Shown here: in pieces, positions 56,677 to 64,000 of the stretch | How positions within the stretch are numbered: position 1 is the first letter of the stretch | How the letters are laid out: every line of letters begins with the position of its first letter | From: Chitinophagales bacterium | Lineage (GTDB): Bacteria; Bacteroidota; Bacteroidia; Chitinophagales; UBA10324 | Assembly (NCBI GenBank): GCA_038326325.1 | Contig: JBBQJW010000004.1 | Location: 57,417-121,416, forward strand | DNA length: 64,000 nucleotides | Reading direction: 5' to 3' | The notes under the pieces: generated by a model | What the model was told of the DNA's origin: nothing | What the model saw: the letters and a program-made list of their open reading frames with translations, nothing else | Database searches by the model: none | Program-made: the position numbers and the translations under genes

Positions 56677-59310
56677 TTAAACTGTAACAGATTGAACTTT
56701 TGATAAAGCAATCTCAATCGCCCGTTTCAATCCTTCAGCGTTTGTTCCACCGGCGGAAGCGAAATGTGGTTGACCACCACCGCCGCCTTTAATCTCAACA
56801 GAAATTTCCTTGATGATTTTTCCCGCGTCTAATTTTTTTTCTTTAGAAACCGCTTCATCAATCATCACGGCGAGCATCGCTTTGCCTCCCGCTTCCGCAC
56901 CGACCACCATAAACAGATTACCAACTTCATTCTTCGTGTCGTAACACAATTTTTTCAGAGCGTCCATCGAACCCACATCAGCAATTCCGCTAATCACTTT
57001 CAGTCCGTTTATTTCTTCCACACTTTTTATCAATCTGTTTTTCTCTGCAGTGATTTGAATATTGCCAAACCGCTCCACTTCCTTTTTCAGATTTTCATTT
57101 TCTGTTTTCAGTTGAGTAATGGAAGCGAGCACATCTTTCGGATGATTGAATTCTTCTTTTATATTTTGTATCGTCTGTAAATTCTCACGGATAAATTTTT
57201 CAGCAGCTTCGCCGGTTATGGCTTCTATTCTTCGCACACCCGCAGCAACAGCAGTTTCAGCGGTAATGATGAAAAAACCGATTTGCCCTGTGCTCTTTGC
57301 GTGAGTGCCGCCACACAACTCAACAGAATAATTTTTATCGAAAGTGATGACACGAACAAAGTCCCCGTACTTCTCACCGAACAAAGCCATTGCTCCGGTT
57401 GCGGTCGCGTCTTTGATTGGAACATTGCGTTGCTCATTCAAATGAATGTCTTCCCGAATTTTTTCATTCAACATCGATTGCACTTTCTCCAATTCTTCAT
57501 CAGTCATTTTCGCGAAGTGAGAAAAATCGAATCGCAAATAATCAGGAGAAACAAGAGAACCTTTCTGCTGCACATGAGTGCCCAGAATTTTTCTAAGTGC
57601 TGCGTGAAGCAAATGCGTGGCACTGTGATTTAAAATTGTTTTACCGCGAAGCGAGGCATCAATCTTGGCTGTTACACTTCCATCCATCTTTGCAGGAAGT
57701 TTATTTACATAAAGAATGATCAGCTCATTTTCCTTCTTGGTATCGAGTACCGAAATTTTTTCATCACCAAAAATCAGAACTCCTTTATCACCAACCTGTC
57801 CGCCGCTCTCTGCATAGAAAGGTGTCTTACCTAATACTAACTGAAAGACTTTTTTGTCTTTTGCTTTCTGCTCTCGAACCTTCAACACCACTGTTTCAGT
57901 TTCTAAAAAATCATAACCGATAAATTCTGTTCGGTCTGCTTCATTAATTATTTTCCAATCGCCTGTTACACTTACTGCATCTTTTCGTGAGCGGTCTTTT
58001 TGTTGTTTCATTTCAGCAGTGAAACCAATTTCATCCAGTTTCCATTTCTTTTCATCAACAATCAACTTTGTTAAATCGAGAGGGAAACCATAAGTGTCAT
58101 ACAATTCAAATGCAGTTTTTCCATCGAGTGTAAAATCCTTCGTCGCTTTTTCTTCCAACGAAGAAATTCTTTTCAATCCTGCTTCTAAAGTTTTTAAGAA
58201 AGAAGTTTCTTCTTCGAGAATTACTTTCTGAATAAAATCCTGTTGCGCTTTCAATTCTGGAAATACTCCGTCAAATTGTTCGGCAAGCACCGGCACCAAT
58301 TCATTTATGATTGGTGATTCAATATTCAAACTGCTATATGAATAACGAACGGCGCGACGAAGAATTCTTCTTATAACATAACCTGCTCCGGTGTTAGAAG
58401 GCAACTGTCCGTCAGCAATTGCAAAACTGATTGCACGAATGTGGTCGCTCATCACACGCATTGCAATGTCAGATTTTTCATTCGCGCCGTAATTGATTCC
58501 ACTTTTTTTCGAAATGAAATTTATCAGCGGAGTAAAAACATCTGAATCATAATTGCTTCGCTTCTGCTGTAACACCCGCACCAACCGTTCAAAACCCATT
58601 CCTGTATCAACATGCTTCGCAGGAAGAGTTTCTAATGAACCATCCGCCTTCCGGTTGTATTGAATAAATACATTGTTCCATATTTCAATTACCTCAGGGT
58701 GACTTGCATTCACTAAATTTTTTCCATCACCTTTTTTTCTTTCTGCTTCCGGGCGAATGTCAACATGAATTTCAGAACACGGACCACACGGACCAGTATC
58801 ACCCATCTCCCAGAAATTATCTTTCTTGTTTCCGTTGATGATTTTATTTTCATCAATCAGTTTACTCCATATAGTATATGCCTCGTTGTCGCGCTCTAAT
58901 TTTTCTTTTGCATCACCTTCAAAAACTGTTACATATAATTGGTCTTTCGGAATTTTATAAACTTCAGTCAGCAGTTCCCACGCCCACTCAATTGCTTCCT
59001 TCTTAAAGTAGTCACCGAAACTCCAGTTGCCCAACATCTCGAACATGGTGTGGTGGTAAGTATCAATTCCAACTTCTTCCAAATCATTATGCTTTCCACT
59101 CACACGCAAACATTTTTGTGTATCAGCAATGCGCGGTGCAGTCGGAGTTTGATTACCAAGAAAAAAATCTTTAAACTGATTCATGCCCGCATTCGTGAAC
59201 ATCAGTGTCGGGTCGTTCTTCACCACAATCGGAGCCGATGGAACAATGAGATGGTTCTTCGATTTAAAAAATTCGAGAAAAGTTTTTCTGATTTCTTTTG
59301 ATGTCATCAT
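56677..59310 (-). CDS. alaS: Alanine--tRNA ligase
   Basis: 877 aa with class II core motifs (FTNAGMNQFK, GDYFK), the editing-domain HxxxH (HSATHLLH), and a C-terminal DHHA1 GGGG motif. Confidence 0.95.
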   Translation of the reverse strand: MMTSKEIRKTFLEFFKSKNHLIVPSAPIVVKNDPTLMFTNAGMNQFKDFFLGNQTPTAPRIADTQKCLRVSGKHNDLEEVGIDTYHHTMFEMLGNWSFGDYFKKEAIEWAWELLTEVYKIPKDQLYVTVFEGDAKEKLERDNEAYTIWSKLIDENKIINGNKKDNFWEMGDTGPCGPCSEIHVDIRPEAERKKGDGKNLVNASHPEVIEIWNNVFIQYNRKADGSLETLPAKHVDTGMGFERLVRVLQQKRSNYDSDVFTPLINFISKKSGINYGANEKSDIAMRVMSDHIRAISFAIADGQLPSNTGAGYVIRRILRRAVRYSYSSLNIESPIINELVPVLAEQFDGVFPELKAQQDFIQKVILEEETSFLKTLEAGLKRISSLEEKATKDFTLDGKTAFELYDTYGFPLDLTKLIVDEKKWKLDEIGFTAEMKQQKDRSRKDAVSVTGDWKIINEADRTEFIGYDFLETETVVLKVREQKAKDKKVFQLVLGKTPFYAESGGQVGDKGVLIFGDEKISVLDTKKENELIILYVNKLPAKMDGSVTAKIDASLRGKTILNHSATHLLHAALRKILGTHVQQKGSLVSPDYLRFDFSHFAKMTDEELEKVQSMLNEKIREDIHLNEQRNVPIKDATATGAMALFGEKYGDFVRVITFDKNYSVELCGGTHAKSTGQIGFFIITAETAVAAGVRRIEAITGEAAEKFIRENLQTIQNIKEEFNHPKDVLASITQLKTENENLKKEVERFGNIQITAEKNRLIKSVEEINGLKVISGIADVGSMDALKKLCYDTKNEVGNLFMVVGAEAGGKAMLAVMIDEAVSKEKKLDAGKIIKEISVEIKGGGGGQPHFASAGGTNAEGLKRAIEIALSKVQSVTV

Positions 59311-59456
59311 AATGCGCTGATAAAAACTTGCGTTGTTTTACTCTTTGAAATGATTATTTTGCGTTTGAAAATTGAAGCACCAAAAATAAGAAATGGAACC
59401 TGCAAAACCGAAGTGCGCTTTAAGTGCCTTCAATTTGAAAAAGTGAAAACGAGCCG

Positions 59457-60428
59457 ATGAAAAAAATCAAGTATTACTATAATCCGAAAAGTCTTCGATA
59501 CGAAAAATATGTAGAGAGCGCCTGGAAAAAATTTCGTGTGGTGCTCGGCTTTCTTTCTGCAGCAAGTGTGTTTGCATTCATTATTGTATATCTCGCTTAC
59601 ACTTATCTCGATTCACCGAAAGAGAAAAAACTCAAACGCGAATTATCGCAATTGCAATATCAATATGATTTGATGAACGATAAAGTTGGTGAGATGAATG
59701 ATGCGCTCGCTGATTTGCAAGACCGCGACGACAATATATATAGGGTGATTTTTGAAGCAGAGCCGATTCCTGCAAGTGTGCGTGAAGCAGGTTACGGTGG
59801 CGCAAATCGTTTTGAAGAGTTGAATGGTTATGAAGATGCTGACTTAATGAAAAGCAGTTGGCTGAAGTTGACTCAGACCCGTTACAAGATGTACATACAA
59901 TCTAAATCATATGATGCTCTTGCTGCTTTAATAAAAAGTAAAACAGAAATGCTTGCATCTATTCCTGCTATACAACCTGTCGCGAATAAAGATTTAAAAA
60001 AAATTGGTTCTGGTTTTGGTGTACGCATTGATCCGATTTATAAAGTGCCGCGCATGCACGAAGGAATTGATTTCACCGCGGCGATTGGTACTCCGATTTA
60101 CGCGACAGGAAATGGTGTAGTGAGTTTAGTTGATTATGGAAGTCGTGATTACGGCAATCATGTAATCATCACGCATGGTTTCGGTTATCAGACTTTGTAT
60201 GGTCACATGAGCAGGGTGAAAGTTCGCATCGGACAAAAAGTAAATCGTGGCGATGTGATTGGTTATGTAGGCAACAGTGGTAAATCCACCGGGCCGCATT
60301 GCCATTACGAAGTAATTAAGAACGGAAGAAAAATAAATCCGATTAATTTTTTCTATAGTGATTTATCTCCGGAAGAATTTCAGCAGATGTTAGAGTTGGC
60401 AGAACGCAACGGTCAATCGCTCGATTGA
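59457..60428 (+). CDS. M23 family metallopeptidase (membrane-anchored, coiled-coil N-terminus)
   Basis: HEGIDF, GNHVII.HG and GPHCHYEV LytM-type zinc ligand motifs, plus an N-terminal TM helix. Confidence 0.85.
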   Translation: MKKIKYYYNPKSLRYEKYVESAWKKFRVVLGFLSAASVFAFIIVYLAYTYLDSPKEKKLKRELSQLQYQYDLMNDKVGEMNDALADLQDRDDNIYRVIFEAEPIPASVREAGYGGANRFEELNGYEDADLMKSSWLKLTQTRYKMYIQSKSYDALAALIKSKTEMLASIPAIQPVANKDLKKIGSGFGVRIDPIYKVPRMHEGIDFTAAIGTPIYATGNGVVSLVDYGSRDYGNHVIITHGFGYQTLYGHMSRVKVRIGQKVNRGDVIGYVGNSGKSTGPHCHYEVIKNGRKINPINFFYSDLSPEEFQQMLELAERNGQSLD

Positions 60429-60494
60429 TTTTAATTTCTTCTTGCTGAATATTTTTTGATTCGTGAATCATTAATTGATCTCTTGTTGATTCAG

Positions 60495-60771
60495 AAAATA
60501 TTTTGAAAAATTATTTTTAAATAATTTTTATTCGGGAAATATTTTTATGATTTCAATTTTAAAATCTTTGTGGTGGAAAATATTTTTCGATTTCGATTGA
60601 AATTTATTTTCCGTTTTTGAAATATCATTTCATTTCAATTTTCGTGAGAAATAATTTTTATGGTTTTAATATTTCAGAATTTTTGAATCAACTCAGAAAA
60701 TATTCAGAGTGAATAATTTTCAATTTCTCATTGGGGAAATGGTTATTTTGAATAAACTCAAAAAAATATTT
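60495..60771. repeat. Left array: about 7 degenerate AAAATATTTT(T)CRAT-type AT-rich repeats
   Basis: Cores at 60495-60504, 60537-60546, 60577-60587, 60619-60630 (degenerate), 60648-60659 (degenerate), 60697-60704 and 60763-60771, spaced about 30-65 bp apart. Confidence 0.55.
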
Positions 60772-60794
60772 CATGACTTCACTAAAAAACTAAA

Positions 60795-60811
60795 GGGCAC
60801 CGCTGGTGCCC
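60795..60811 (-). terminator. Intrinsic terminator for the tiny Lys/Ala-rich ORF
   Basis: GGGCACC-gct-GGTGCCC stem with AAA/TTT flanks, 28 nt downstream (minus strand) of the stop at 60839. Confidence 0.65.
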
Positions 60812-60838
60812 TTTGAGTTCTTCAAGAAAAAAGAAAAT

Positions 60839-60913
60839 CTATTTCTTTTTCTTAGCCGCTTTTTTCGCCTTCTTAGCAGGTTTCTTAGCAGCTTTTTTTG
60901 CTTTTGTAGCCAT
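60839..60913 (-). CDS. 24-codon Lys/Ala-rich ORF (histone H1-tail-like peptide)
   Basis: ATG GCT ACA AAA GCA AAA AAA GCT GCT AAG AAA CCT GCT AAG AAG GCG AAA AAA GCG GCT AAG AAA AAG AAA TAG translates to MATKAKKAAKKPAKKAKKAAKKKK. It is below the track cutoff and has its own terminator hairpin. Confidence 0.4.
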   Translation of the reverse strand: MATKAKKAAKKPAKKAKKAAKKKK

Positions 60914-60980
60914 AGTTAAAAAATTTTGGTATCACAAGTCTAACAAAACATTATGAAGTCGCTCGCATTTTATCGCTTCT

Positions 60981-61003
60981 TTATTCACAACAGTTTGTGA
61001 ATA
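60981..61003. promoter_or_regulatory. Inverted pair of DnaA-box-like 9-mers
   Basis: TTATTCACA (fits TTATNCACA 9/9) and, on the other strand, cTATTCACA (8/9). They are arranged as TATTCACAA-cagt-TTGTGAATA. Confidence 0.35.
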
Positions 61004-61041
61004 GCAGATGATGAATTGAAATCAATCGCGAATGTTGCATT

Positions 61042-61388
61042 GAAATATTTTTTTTCGCAATCATTTTTTACGACTGAAATTTTTCAAGGTTGATTAAATG
61101 GATTCATTAATATTATTTTTTATAAAAATTATTACTCTCCTGAAACACGCTGTGGCAGCATGTTTCATGGAATAAGTAATTTATTATTTTTTGAATCGAA
61201 AATTGAAAAACAAAAATTGAAATGATGAGAAATGAAAAATATTTTTTCTATTGATGAAGAAAAATGAAATTTGAAATGTGTTCACTAATCAGAACAAAAA
61301 AATTTATTTAATGATTGAAAAATATTTTTTAAGAAATTTTATTTTATGAAAAAAGAAAATCATGATCTGATTATTGAAAATATTTTTT
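61042..61388. repeat. Right array: 4 copies of ATTGAAAAATATTTTTT in inverted orientation relative to the left array
   Basis: Cores at 61042-61055, 61235-61247, 61318-61330 and 61377-61388, each preceded by (A)TTGA. Confidence 0.55.
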
Positions 61389-61459
61389 GTTGAAACACAT
61401 TTTTTTCATTGAGAAAAAAGATAAATCAGCAAAATTTAAAATGTTGAATGAGCTAAAAA

Positions 61460-62086
61460 TTAATCTTCCAAAACTTTTTCGAGCATGTATGACTCCATAA
61501 TTTGCTGAGGAGAAACACACAATTCTGTCAATGGAATTTTTCCATGATACAATTCCTGCAACTTGTTTTTCAGAGTGTCATTTGATAAATCAAATGTTTT
61601 TAAAGTTTTTGTTTCAGCCAATTGAAGCCCTGTAGTATAGAAGTAAATTTTATAAACGAGTTCTGAAGAATACATTTTAGAATCGTCCCAACTGAATTGC
61701 TCGTCGTAATTTTTCCCGATTTGCATTGAAGCAATTTTTTTCATCTTCGATAAAATTCCTTTTGATAAAATATTGCCCGCGGTCTTTAATCGTAAAATCA
61801 AAAAATGTTTGTCTTCTCCCTTTTTTATCCAATTTGTCAATGGAGTTTGTGTAACGCTATCAAACACTTCATACACAAATAAATTCCCTGTACTATCGGA
61901 TAACACAACTCCGCAATTATTAAATTTTGATTTTGTAATTGATTGCAGTGTCTTGTTCTGCGCAGAAGAAATATTCTGGAAAACAATGTCGCCATCTTTT
62001 ACGACTGATAAATCCGGTGAACAATTAAAAACTAAAATTGAAAAAGTAAAAATTATAAAAACCTGAATACAGACACGAACAACCAC
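61460..62086 (-). CDS. YiiX-like permuted papain-fold (C92 family) protein, possibly catalytically altered
   Basis: The GDIVFQ, VYEV, TPL..W, YD..F and K.YSSELVYKIY blocks follow the YiiX/YaeF pattern. Apparent GTG start with a signal/lipobox-like N-terminus (LVFNCS). Confidence 0.6.
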   Translation of the reverse strand: MVVRVCIQVFIIFTFSILVFNCSPDLSVVKDGDIVFQNISSAQNKTLQSITKSKFNNCGVVLSDSTGNLFVYEVFDSVTQTPLTNWIKKGEDKHFLILRLKTAGNILSKGILSKMKKIASMQIGKNYDEQFSWDDSKMYSSELVYKIYFYTTGLQLAETKTLKTFDLSNDTLKNKLQELYHGKIPLTELCVSPQQIMESYMLEKVLED

Positions 62087-62096
62087 TGAAAAATAG

Positions 62097-62516
62097 TTAA
62101 GCAGCTTTATAATAAATAATCATCGTGCGTGAATCATCAATCTGTTGAAGTACCAATTCATCAGTTGTGATTTTGATGATTTTCATTTTGTAAGATGTCT
62201 TGGTTGTTTTATCAGTAATGGTAATTGTTGTTCCGGCTTCATCAATTGTCCATGTGCCCGGAATAAAACCATCGGGTGCTAAACCTTGCTGCACGGAATG
62301 GTCAGTATTAAAAACCAAACGATATTCTTTTTGTGCTTCATCAGCAACTTGTGTTTTTGTTCCGTCTTCAATTTTTACCAGGCCCCAGCTTTTGCAAAGT
62401 CGTGCAGATGTTACATCTGTTGTTCCCTGTGCTTGCGATGAAAACGAAATCATCAGAAATAAAATACAAACACTTGCAGCAAGTGAATGAAAAAAAAATT
62501 TGGTGGTGCTTTTCAT
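62097..62516 (-). CDS. Secreted lipocalin-like domain protein (about 139 aa)
   Basis: There is a signal peptide from the ATG at 62516 (MKSTTKFFFHSLAASVCILFLMISFSSQAQG). GTWTIDEAGTTITIT....Y.I..IT.DELVL is a Lipocalin_4-like pattern. The longer track ORF (TTG at 62705) would overlap hppD. Confidence 0.45.
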   Translation of the reverse strand: MKSTTKFFFHSLAASVCILFLMISFSSQAQGTTDVTSARLCKSWGLVKIEDGTKTQVADEAQKEYRLVFNTDHSVQQGLAPDGFIPGTWTIDEAGTTITITDKTTKTSYKMKIIKITTDELVLQQIDDSRTMIIYYKAA

Positions 62517-62529
62517 TTGTATGTGTTGA

Positions 62530-63654
62530 TTATAAATTACCTCTGAGTTCCTGTTCGCGTTCGATAGATTCGAACAGTGCTTTAAAATTTCCTTTACCAA
62601 AAGATTGCGCGCCTTTGCGTTGAATGATTTCAAAAAATAAAGTGGGTCGGTCTTCCACCGGTTTTGTAAACAACTGTAACAGATATCCTTCATCGTCGCG
62701 GTCAACTAATATTTTTAATTTGCGAAGTATGTTCATGTCTTCGTCAATCACGCCAACTCTTTTTTGCAAATCATCATAATATGAATCGGGCACATCAAGA
62801 AAATCAATTCCTCGTCGTCTTAACTCTGTAACAGTTTCAATGATGTTATCTGTGGCCATTGCGATGTGTTGCACGCCTTGCGAATGATAAAATTCAAGAT
62901 ACTCTTCGATCTGCGATTTCTTTTTTCCTTCAGCAGGTTCGTTGATTGGAAATTTCACATACCCATTTCCGTTGCTCATCACTTTACTCATGAGCGCCGA
63001 ATATTCAGTGCTGATATCTTTATCGTCGAACGATAAAATATTTCTGAAGCCCATCACCTTTTCATAAAACTCAACCCAGGTATTCATTTCGCCCCAGCCA
63101 ACATTTCCAACACAGTGGTCAACATGTTTTAGCCCGACAGGAATTGTTTCGAAGGTTGATCTCCATTCTCTGAATCCGGGAAGAAAAATTCCGTTGTAAT
63201 TTTTTCGCTCTACAAAAACATGAACAGTATCACCATATAATTCTATACCAGCCATGCGCACTTCACCGTTATCATCTTTCAAAGTTTTCGGTTGCATGTA
63301 TGGCTTTGCTCCGCGCTTCGTAGTTTCTTCAAAAGATTTGTAAGCATCATCAACCCACAACGCAAGCACCTTCACCCCATCGCCATGTTTTTCTATGTGC
63401 TGCGAGATTTCATTTCCGGGGTGTAACGGTGTGGTAAGTACCAATGTGATTTTATTCTGACGCAATACATAACTCGCACGGTCGCGCACCCCTGTTTCTG
63501 GCCCCGCATAAGCAAGTGGTTGAAATCCAAAAGCAGTGCGATAGAAATAAGACGACTGCTTCGCGTTGCCGACATAAAATTCAATGTGGTCGGTTCCGTT
63601 GAGCGGAAGAAAATCTTTTTCCGTTGAGGTAGTTGGTTTGGTTAGCGTTTCCAT
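62530..63654 (-). CDS. hppD: 4-hydroxyphenylpyruvate dioxygenase
   Basis: Two VOC-fold modules with iron ligand contexts (HVDHCVGNV, GVQHIA, FFEIIQRKG) and a C-terminal FGKGNFKALFESIE. Confidence 0.9.
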   Translation of the reverse strand: METLTKPTTSTEKDFLPLNGTDHIEFYVGNAKQSSYFYRTAFGFQPLAYAGPETGVRDRASYVLRQNKITLVLTTPLHPGNEISQHIEKHGDGVKVLALWVDDAYKSFEETTKRGAKPYMQPKTLKDDNGEVRMAGIELYGDTVHVFVERKNYNGIFLPGFREWRSTFETIPVGLKHVDHCVGNVGWGEMNTWVEFYEKVMGFRNILSFDDKDISTEYSALMSKVMSNGNGYVKFPINEPAEGKKKSQIEEYLEFYHSQGVQHIAMATDNIIETVTELRRRGIDFLDVPDSYYDDLQKRVGVIDEDMNILRKLKILVDRDDEGYLLQLFTKPVEDRPTLFFEIIQRKGAQSFGKGNFKALFESIEREQELRGNL

Positions 63655-63769
63655 TCAGTCAATTCATTTTTTCAGATTTCAAAAGTAAAGAAAAGGAGTT
63701 AAGTAGAAATGATTTACATCAATGTATTAGTGAGAAATCTTTCGCATGTAAAATTTCTATTCAAATTAA

Positions 63770-64000
63770 TTAATGAGTCACAATAAATTTTCCTGATGAT
63801 AGATTATTTCCTTTCAATGAAATTTTGAAAAAATAAATTCCATTTATCAATATGGATGTATTAATACTTATTTCATTTTCATCCTGTTCAGTTTCTGTTT
63901 TTATTTTCTTCCCTAAAATATCAAAGACTTCTAACAAAGTATATTGAGCTGGCACATCTTTATTTAATCTTATTGAAATTTTGTTTGACGCTGGATTTGG
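63770..64000 (-). CDS. C-terminal part of a T9SS-sorted protein (5' end beyond the window)
   Basis: The frame is open to the window end and reads PNPASNKISIRLNKDVPAQYTLLEVFDILGKKI...GIYFFKISL, a Por secretion tail. Confidence 0.6.
   Translation of the reverse strand, partial: PNPASNKISIRLNKDVPAQYTLLEVFDILGKKIKTETEQDENEISINTSILINGIYFFKISLKGNNLSSGKFIVTH

Noticed and set aside
60480-61440. Possible CRISPR array, because of regularly spaced short repeats
   Set aside because: The repeats are only about 10-16 bp, AT-only and degenerate, with irregular 30-190 bp spacing and two opposing orientations. No cas genes are present in the window.

Overview
Low-GC (about 37-38% by eye) chromosomal segment that looks like Bacteroidota. 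The phylum call rests on T9SS C-terminal sorting domains on at least 5 proteins, a fused lpxC/fabZ gene, a type III glutamine synthetase and TAnnTTTG-type -7 boxes. I call about 58 protein-coding genes, one initiator tRNA-Met, two pseudogene fragments and several intrinsic terminators. Housekeeping genes: polyprenyl synthase, acyl-CoA dehydrogenase, purF, mfd, carB, der, era, GSIII, the lpxD-lpxC/fabZ-lpxA cluster, alaS and hppD. Accessory content falls in three places. (i) A 10.2-16.1 kb islet packed with toxin-antitoxin-type modules: HigBA, HepT/MntA, an unknown overlapping small-gene pair and a frameshifted small antitoxin-like gene. (ii) A sensor kinase/LuxR regulator next to three secreted or T9SS proteins, including an RCC1-repeat protein. 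(iii) A rearrangement scar between lpxD and alaS holding an IS transposase stub, a gatB 5' pseudogene and an ORF6N gene. The most unusual signals are at the DNA level. First, the 9-bp palindrome CTGTWACAG has 22 exact copies and about 83 TGTWACA cores by hand count, against roughly 0.5 and 13 expected, and it occurs in several reading frames and in non-coding DNA. Second, a 1-kb AT-rich non-coding region (60.4-61.5 kb) has two inverted arrays of AAAATATTTT-type repeats flanking a 24-codon Lys/Ala-rich ORF and a DnaA-box-like palindrome. Third, there are several families of short dispersed repeats: 7-bp tandem arrays, GC-rich REP-like hairpins and hairpins with compensatory stem changes. A second LpxA-like acyltransferase paired with a Gfo/Idh/MocA oxidoreductase is a candidate alternative lipid A (GlcN3N-type) module. 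All counts and expectations are hand estimates and need computational confirmation.
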